Positions 54,824 to 64,000 of a stretch of DNA of 64,000 nucleotides are shown here, one piece after another. Both the position numbers and the translations under genes were made by a program. Below the pieces are notes generated by a model. The model saw only the letters and a program-made list of their open reading frames with translations. It was not told where the DNA came from and ran no database searches. The stretch is from Octopus vulgaris. Taxonomy: Eukaryota. Position 1 is the first letter of the stretch; the number at the start of each line of letters is the position of its first letter. The stretch lies in NCBI GenBank assembly GCA_951406725.2, contig OX597830.1, positions 77,934,001-77,998,000 of the forward strand, read 5' to 3'.

Positions 54824-55547
54824 TTATACATACATACATACATACATACACACGCGTATTATTATCACAATTACAAATGTAGCAACAATAGCAGCGAAGA
54901 TACAATTAACCAAACAAATTCATAACTATGAAAAACAAACAACAAATACAACACAAGCACAAAAGGAAAGGAAAAACGAAAAAACACAAAAATAAAGACA
55001 AGAAGAAAAACAAACATAAAATTGCGAACGTCATCATTTTCCTGCCATAATATGCTCGTTCGTTTCATTGAAACGGGCGCCATTTTGCTTACGTTTTTGC
55101 CGTTGGTCTTTTTGTTGGGTTTTCATATTTTTGTGCTTTTATTTTTCGTAAATCATTCTTCTGTTTTCTTCTTGCTTTTTTTTTTGTCATTTATTCCTAT
55201 ATATTATTTTGGGTCTTGTGCGAATCTACACACACACACACAAACACAAACTAACACACACACACACGTGTATACATAAAGATATATATATATATATATG
55301 TATATATATGTATACAAATGTATACATATACATATAGACCCGGTTATTTGTCACTAAACTTACAATCCTTTATATAGCAATAGTAATTGCGCACATATAC
55401 ATACACACCCATTTATATACACACACACAGACACACACGCGTGTACACACAGACACACACGCGTGCACACACATACACACATACATACAACATACGCACA
55501 CACATATGTATATATATATTGTGTGTATGTGTGATTCAGCAAAAGTT

Positions 55548-55604
<57 letters not shown>

Positions 55605-56163
55605 GAGTGAGACAGAGAGAAAGATGGAAAGAGGAAAAAAGGAAGATAGCGGATATATGCGGACATACAGGCAGTCAGTGATTTATTATTGCCGCTTCTG
55701 AACAAAGAAGCAGCGATAAACGGTCTTCCGTTGATTATAATAGCTGTTGTTTTTATTATTGTCATTTAGCCTCGGGGGAACCTTGATCGAGTAAAACTAC
55801 GATTGAGGGCATTCCAGTTACGACCAACCCGTCTCTTTATGCTATAATTGTCAAATAATTTTCATATTTAATTTAATGCTTTTCTTTTTTCTTTTATCTG
55901 AAGGTGGGTGATATGCTTTCCAGCACCTCAAACGACTACCGAGTGCATTGTTTCTCAACTATTTTTTTAAAGTATGGACTCCTTTGATTACAATTTTACT
56001 CTGGTGCACTCTCATAGCCATTCAACGTTCAAAAACTAATTTTATAGATACTTATTTAAAAATTCCTATTTTGTTTTTCACAATTCACTTCAGTGGATAT
56101 GCAATAGTACTCTCTGAAAGAACATGTTTCAGGGGCCAGAAACATATTAAACTATGTAAAATA

Positions 56164-56722
56164 TTGGGTTCCCCGGAAAGTTCGTGTCGATTTTTAAAGG
56201 GAAGAAAAAGGTCAATACACACTTGCCATTACATTTTTAATCAACCAAATATGAACCATTTTGTTGCACAATGCGTCTCCATGTTTCTTGAAAATACCCT
56301 CTTCCCAGAATTGAGGGGGTTTCATGGCAAAGAATTCATCAAGGTATCTTTTTACGTCATCTAAGGAATTGAAATTTTTACCATTAAGACTATTCTGCAG
56401 AGACCTGAATAAGTGGAAATCCGATGGAGCAATATCTGATCAATATGGAGGGTGGGGTAACACATCCAAGCCGAGCTGCAGCAATTTTTGTCTGGTTCCC
56501 AAAGCATCAAGTGCCGAAAATGAACATTCTTATCTTCCATTTTAAATGGTTACAGGATTAACACAGGTTATAGGAATATAAACCTTCCTCCACGAAAAGA
56601 TAGCTTAAACTGTTCTCTAAATGGAGGTGTAGTCAAATTCTATTTTATGGACTCAACCATGTTCTAAAATAAGCCGAAAGGTAAGCTACTATAAATCGGC
56701 ACGAACTTTCCGGACAACCCAA
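56164..56722 (-). mobile_element. Internally deleted mariner (DD34D-type) element with TIRs and TA TSD
   Basis: TIRs ttgggttccccggaaagttcgtgtcgattt and aaatcggcacgaactttccggacaacccaa, with TA on both sides; minus-strand relic LPHPPY*SDIAPSDFHLFRSLQNSLNGKNF. Confidence 0.92.
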
Positions 56723-56929
56723 TATTAGAGAAAGAATATGTTTCTTGCAATAAATACATTTAAAGCAAATTTTGTTTTTAAAAATAAAGAAGAAAGAAAG
56801 AAGAAAAAGGATCTCCAGTTTATTTTGCTTGCTTAGACTCACCAAAACCTAATATAGACCCCTCCAAGGTTCATATGAACCCAAGTTGAGAACCACTGAC
56901 CAAGCGGATCGTTCGTTGGCTCGCATAAT

Positions 56930-57860
56930 ATATATACTATACGAGTCATCCCACACAACACCGTTACTTTGGGTCGATTCTGCACTTCTCAAAGATAACA
57001 AAAAGATCCTTTTCTGTCCAATAGTGGCAAGTTGTGACGGTTCACAAAGCCATCGATGTGAAATATCACTTCATCAGACCAGAGGATGGTTTTGAAGAGA
57101 TGGGGCCAATTTTCATTTCAATCCAGCATAATCTCCTCAAACTCCATCCATGCGAATATCGCAGTCTTCAGCAAAGAATGATTGGCAGTGGTGTGGCTTC
57201 CAAGCATGCCATTGAAGTTCCTCCTTTCACACAGTTCGTACTGTGTGAAAGGAGGCGCAATGGCCCAGTGGTTAGGGCAGCGGACTCGCGGTCATAGGAT
57301 CGCGGTTTCGATTCCAAGACCGGGCGTTGTGAGTGTTTATTGAGCGAAAACACCTAAAAGCTCCACGAGGCTCCGGCAGGGGATGGTGGTGATCCCTGCT
57401 GTACTCTTTCACCACAACTTTCTCTCACTCTTACTTCCTGTTTCTGTTGTACCTGTATTTCAAGGGGCCGGCCTTGTCACTCTCTGTGTCACGCTGAATA
57501 TCCCCGAGAACTACGTTAAGGGTGCACGTGTCTGTGGAGTGCTCAGCCACTTACACGTTAATTTCACGAGCAGGCTATTCCGTTGATTCGGATCAACCGG
57601 AACCCTCATCGTCGTAACCGACGGAGTGCTTCCGTCCACTGTGTGAAAGGAGAGCCCGCTTTCCATTGCGGCTAGTCGAATTGACTTTCCTGGGCTACGT
57701 GTAAATATTTCTTGAATTGCTTGCACTGTCCCCTGGTCGGGGGACTTAGGAGGGCGACTGCTTCTTCGAGTATCAACTACAGACCTTGTAGCCATGAGTC
57801 TTGCGAGACAATTCTAAAATCACGCGCCATTTTGAGCATGTATTTCTCTAATGGTTTTCC
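56930..57860 (-). mobile_element. Tc1/mariner transposase relic split by a SINE A insertion
   Basis: RSPGKSIRLAAMESGLSFHTV | SINE | ...WHAWKPH...WSDEVIFHIDGFVNRHN. Confidence 0.75.
57251..57637 (+). mobile_element. SINE family A (full length)
   Basis: TSD actgtgtgaaa(ggag) at 57240-57250 and 57638-57648. Confidence 0.92.
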
Positions 57861-58171
57861 ACCATCTTTGCACTTAAACATCTGATTCCAAAATTTCGTA
57901 ACGTGCTGCTAGATTGGCACGCTTCTGTAGGGTGAGATATTCAGCCATGTTTGTAGGACCTATCAAATTTCAAGCGAGGTAATCAACCTGGAAAAAAATA
58001 CGATTACAGATTAAATTCTCATACTTCAAAAAACAAGCACAAACAAATTAATAAATAAGCTATAAGTATTTTAAAATAGGGAGTTACTTTTCAAACCCCC
58101 TTTATGTAAACCCGCATTGTTTTGTCCTGTACCGTCCCCAACGATTTTCTGAAGCGAACTGATATAAAAGA

Positions 58172-58375
58172 CAGCGATCTGCCATAATCGTTAGCACGCC
58201 GGACAAAATGTTTAGCGACATTTCCTCCATCTTTACGTTTGGGGTTCAAACTCCACCGACGTCGACTTTGTCTTTTATATCCTTTTGGGTCGATAAATTA
58301 AGTACCAGTGAAACTCTGGGGGTCGATGCAATCGACTAGACGCTACCCCCCAAATTTCTATAGTAGAAAAGATTA
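58172..58375 (+). mobile_element. Diverged SINE family D
   Basis: atcgttagcacgccggacaaaatg...gtcgactttg...gtcgataaattaagtaccag. Confidence 0.75.
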
Positions 58376-58561
58376 TTAACAGTTGTAGTAGTAGAAATAG
58401 TAGTAGTAATAGTAGCAGTAGTAGTACAGTCTGTGCGCATGCTCAATTACTGTAAAAAAAATGACACTTCCAAATGGTATATCTAATTCAGTACACGGTT
58501 TCCATTCGAAACTCTCGCTGTACATAGGCAAAATATGTGTTGGAGCGAGTGTGCACATGTT

Positions 58562-58613
<52 letters not shown>

Positions 58614-59654
58614 TGTATGTATTGGAAGATGTATTTATATATATATATGTGTGTGTGTGTATGTGTATACAATTAGTTATGTTTAGACTGACATTCAACA
58701 TACCCTAAAACTATGCAGACATGCATAAATACTTAACAAACCTACATACAGTTATATACATACATACGTATATACATACATACATATATGTACATATATG
58801 TACATATATGTACATATACATATATGTACATATATGTATATATACATATACGTACATATATATGTATACATATATATATAAATACATATATATATACATA
58901 TATGTATATATATATGTATATATATAAATACATACACATATATTTATATATACATATATGTATATATATATAAATACATATACATATATGTATATATATT
59001 TATATAAAAAATGTATATATATATATATATACGTGCATATGTATGTAAACATATATATATGTATATTTATATATGTGTGTGTGTATGCATGTAAACATAT
59101 ATATATGTACATACATGTGTGCGTATATGTGTGTGTGCCTGTGTGTGTGTGTGTGTGTGTATGATATTGGTATGTATGTTTGCATGTGTGTATACGTATT
59201 TAGATGTGTATATTAAGAAGCAAACTCTGAAAACACAGCAAGACTCTGGTCCTTGACAGGTGACAATCACTCTGAGTGTCAAATATGTTGAACAACTGGT
59301 TAAACACGTGCATTTATATCTCAGTGTATTTGTTAACCCGAAAACGACGAAAGCGGAGTGAGGTATGAATGTGTTTGTGGGTGTATAATCTATCTATGTA
59401 TATATGGTTGCCGACCTATCTGCCGCTTATCTGTATGTCCGTCAATTTCATGTATGTATGTATGTATGTATGTATGTATGTATGTATGTATGTATGTATG
59501 TATGTATGTATGTATGTATGTATGTGTGTATGTATGTAAGTATATGTGTATGTGCCTTTATGCATGTATCTGTACGTATATATATACATTACATACATAT
59601 ATATATATATACATGCATACATATATACACACACACACACAGAAATATATATAT

Positions 59655-59703
<49 letters not shown>

Positions 59704-59748
59704 AAAAAATATATATATATAAAATATATATTATATATACATATAGAC

Positions 59749-59782
<34 letters not shown>

Positions 59783-59804
59783 ATATATATATATATAGAT
59801 AGAT

Positions 59805-59866
<62 letters not shown>

Positions 59867-60379
59867 GATATACATATATACACATACACGTACAGATGAA
59901 TGGACAGATTAAATGCATTTATTTGCTTTGAATTTGCGAATGTATACCTGTGTGTGTTTGTTGATGCTGTGTGTTGATGCGTGCGTGTGTTTGTTTGTGG
60001 TGGCGAGTTGTAAGATAGATAGATAAATGAATGGATAGATATCGATGGATGGATACATACATATATACATACAATGTGTACATATACGTACACACATAAA
60101 TACACATAGTTTCATACTCATATGCACAAAAGCTTATATATGTGTTGTGCATGTATGCATGTCTCTCTATGTATGTAGCTTGTCAATTCGCTGCCCATAA
60201 GTCAAAAACCAAAGCACATCTGAGGAGGCATCGATATTTCTTAATGATAATATTCGCCACGAAACCCATGGTAACGTTATCAGATGTAAGCTTGTATGTC
60301 ATAACCTGTAAAATATTACTGAAATTGGCTGTGCGGTAAGTTTGTTTCCCAAAAAACGGAAACTGAAAGAAGATTGCTA

Positions 60380-61420
60380 TTTACAGAGTGTTCGGCTATA
60401 TTTGATATTATGAAAATAAAACACAATATCACGCTCAAAAATAACAGTATTTTTTGAAAAAAAAAATATATCAACCGGATTATGACTGGGAAATAACAGC
60501 TTACTCAGAGTAGCTGCCCTCAGCTTTCACAATGACCTCAAGCTGGCTCTGGAACCTGGCACATGCGTTCATCATGGTGTCCCTGAGAAGATCTTCCAAC
60601 AATTCCTTGATCTTGGCCTTGGTATTGCAGATATAGTGGTTGGTGTCTTTCTCAACATCCCTCCACACATTGTAGTCCATGGGCTTACAAACAGGGGAAT
60701 TAGGAGGTTAGATATTGGGGCTTGTGAAGTCGTAGAAATTCTCCAATAATTACTTCTAAGACTTTCCAGAGGTATGGCACGGAAATAATTCTTCTGCTAT
60801 ACATATGGCCTTCCTGCATCAATCCACTGTAGCCATACTTTGACCAGAGTCTCCAGAAGTTTCGCAAAACTATTTGATTTGAGCCTCAGGCTCTGTTCAA
60901 AGGTGTGGGGCGACATGACGTCACCCTCACACTTTGGGGGAACTTGCTTTTCATGATACGAAGGACATCATATGGATTGTAGGCACGACACCTGTTCTTC
61001 GGAGTGATGTGCAACTGGTCCTGGCAGAAGTCTATCTAAAACTGGTCCATCTAAAAAGAACCAAATCACCCCCAGCTCAGCAGGATACCTCAGCTTGTAC
61101 AGGAACGTTTTTGCCAACGTCAAGCAGTTCCCATTGGCCGTGGCTGTCAGAATTTGTCCCTTGCATCTCTTGTACGAATGGTATCGAAGGCCCTCATTTA
61201 GAACCACTTCATAGCGGCGACTCCACCATCGATCTCTCGCCAAGACCCGGATTCCCCTCCTCAGATCTTTCATCATTTCGTCCTGAAGTTGTTGGATGAA
61301 GTACGTAGTCAGAACTCTTATCGTGTCCCTTCCTGTTGGCCACGGCTTCGTAGTCTCCGTTGCAGCTATCCATGTCACCACTTACAGTCATCGCAGAGTA
61401 TTTTGATACCCCGCGCAAAT
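60380..61420 (-). mobile_element. Degraded maT/DD37D-like Tc1/mariner transposase
   Basis: Minus-strand fragments SEGDVMSPHTFEQSLRLKS...GRPYV*Q...PCHTS...PPNSPVCKPMDYNVW...NACARFQSQLEVIVKAEG. Confidence 0.78.
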
Positions 61421-61947
61421 CCTCATGATATAGGTAAGTCTTTTTCAATATTTAGATGGCTTTGAGTCCTCCATTTCAGCCGACTTTTTCTCACCTACTA
61501 CTTTAATCTTTATGCTCTCCAACACTGTTGACTCTTCACCAAACATCAAGCTATTTCTGAATATAAGGAAACAAAAGATCGTTAAATTTAACACAAGCAT
61601 CTTCTCTGTTTGCGTGCACACACGCGTGCATTGGTGTTTGTCTTCATCTACTGCTTGGCAACCAGAGAGGAGCTGAAAAAGCCCGTTGTATATATAGATG
61701 TATATATGTATGTCTGTCTTTGTGTCTATGTTTGTTCCACCAACCGATATTGACAACCGATATTGGTGTGTTTACGACCCCGTAACTTTGGAGTTCGGCA
61801 AAAGAGGTCGATAAAATAATTACCAGGCTCAAAAGAAAGTACTGGAATTGATATATAAATTCTTCAAGATGGTGTCCCAGTAAGGCCGCAATCTAATGAC
61901 TGAAAGAAGTAAAAGATAAAATATAATATAATATAATATGATTATAT

Positions 61948-62023
<76 letters not shown>

Positions 62024-62124
62024 GTACATATATACATATATATATATACATATATATACATATATACATATATACTCACACACACACATATATATATATA
62101 GTGAGAGAGAGTGAGTGAATGAGT

Positions 62125-62194
<70 letters not shown>

Positions 62195-62625
62195 CGCAAA
62201 CACACGCATACACAAGCAGATATCTTTCTTCATTTTCGATGTTTCTTTCTTTTCATTCCAACATAAAATCTTCATACACTTATCTAAAACTATATCTATT
62301 AACACATTCCCAGACAGCCTCAAACCAAACCGCTATCACCAACATCACCAACTCCACCACAACTATCACAACTACCACTACCACTACCACCACCACCAAT
62401 AACAACAACAGCAACATCAGAGTCAACATCAGTGACAAAAACTTCAAACTTGTTATATTCGCTATTTCGACTTCACTTAACCTCATCTTACGGAAGTTCA
62501 AAGCTACAGTGTCAGATTATAATTGTTATTAATGACTATTAACAAATGATTATTAGGAATTAATGAGAAATTTCAATTATGATCTTAGTTGTCTGTTGCT
62601 ATTGTGCGTCCAGAATTTCGTGGCT

Positions 62626-62686
<61 letters not shown>

Positions 62687-63241
62687 ATGTATATATATAT
62701 ATATATATGTATATATATAAATCTGCGTATATGCGTGTGCGTGAGAAGCACACAATCATACGCGCACACATATTATATACATATACGCATGTGCATCTAT
62801 GTATACATATATTACATATATGTATTACTGGGGAACAATTTTGAACATAATATCTGTTGAGTTTGCTTTTTGATTTAATTACATTGGCATGCATGCTGAT
62901 TTCAAAATTGCAGTCAGTTTCCTTTCACCACGTTAAGGCTTTTTGATTCTACATCTTACTCTCCGAATAAGCACAATTGTATTGTTCGTCCATAAACAAT
63001 GGTACTGGTCAGTTGCCTTCATTATTTTATTAATAACGCTGGGGAATACTTTCGAGAACATCTTAAGTTGTCTTGGCTTTTACAATTAGTCTTACCTAAT
63101 TTGATGATGATGGGTTTAGAAATGCCCTCAGAAATCTTCTTTTCGCATCAAGGTTTTGTTAAAGAGGAATTAATTTTATTTTACCAAAAAATATAAATTT
63201 TATCATTAAATTCAATGCTGAAATTAAAAAGATTCACACAA

Positions 63242-63405
63242 GCGTAGGAGTGGCTGTGTGGTAAGTAGCTTGCTTACGAACTACATGGTTCCGGGTTCAG
63301 TCCCACTGCATGGCACCTAGGGCAAGTGTCTTCTACTATAGCCTCGAGCCGACCAAAGCCTTGTGAGTGGATTTGGTAGACAGAAAATGAAAGAAGCCTG
63401 TCGTG

Positions 63406-63459
<54 letters not shown>

Positions 63460-63468
63460 ATATATATA

Positions 63469-63519
<51 letters not shown>

Positions 63520-63750
63520 ATACATGTTTGTGTATCTGTGTTTGTCCCCCTCCCCAACATCGCTTGACAACCGATGCTGTTGTGTTTACATCCCCGTAAC
63601 TTAGCGGTTCGGCAAATGACACCGACAGAATAAGTACTAGGCCTACAAAGAATAAGACCTGGGGTCGATTTGCTCGACTAAAGGCGGTGCTCCAGCATGG
63701 CCACAGTCAAATGACTGAAACAAGTAAAAGAGTAAAAGAGTAAAAGAGTA
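63242..63750 (+). mobile_element. SINE family E (full length)
   Basis: Head gcgtaggagtggctgtgtgg through tail (agtaaaag)n. Confidence 0.9.
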
Positions 63751-63829
63751 AACCAAACAGTGTTTTTCATTGTTTACACAAAATGTTTAATTTCATACTT
63801 TTAGGCCAGATATTTCTGTCATGCTTTTC

Positions 63830-64000
63830 GTAAATAACTTACATCGAAACAATCTTTGTAGAAACCAGCAGTAGTCAGCCATCATTTTTGTGTTCCACCT
63901 GCCTTGATACCTAGTCTTAATGGTCTCAATATTTTGACAGAATCTTTCTCCTTGCTCATCACTTACTGCACCATAGTTTTCGGAGAGGTAGTCCAGATGA
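63830..64000 (-). mobile_element. DNA transposase C-terminal relic (Chapaev3/CMC-like)
   Basis: HLDYLSENYGAVSDEQGERFCQNIETIKTRYQGRWNTKMMADYCW; family assignment is from memory of the motif. Confidence 0.65.

Overview
Eukaryotic, AT-rich, extremely microsatellite- and retroposon-dense DNA. The SINE families look like those of coleoid cephalopods (Octopus); that assignment is an inference. The only well-supported host gene is an intron-free ADAM/ADAMTS-like (M12B reprolysin) metalloprotease ORF on the minus strand. It starts at 1720 and runs off the left edge, so it is absent from the ORF track. The rest is intergenic or intronic: at least four tRNA-derived SINE families (several with target-site duplications), a near-complete frameshifted APE-RT LINE (27.4-30.3 kb), CR1 and RTE 3' fragments, Tc1/mariner and Chapaev3-like transposase relics, Helitron-like starts, and simple repeats that generate nearly all the ORFs in the supplied track. 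The most notable signal is a set of short non-coding elements, mostly embedded in (TA)n, that carry minimal type I hammerhead ribozyme folds of the Penelope/retrozyme type. One has a compensatory G3:C8 core and lies inside a perfect 141-bp-arm palindrome. Other candidates are a SINE-LINE pair sharing a covarying 3' stem-loop and a possible symmetric poly-Asp exon.
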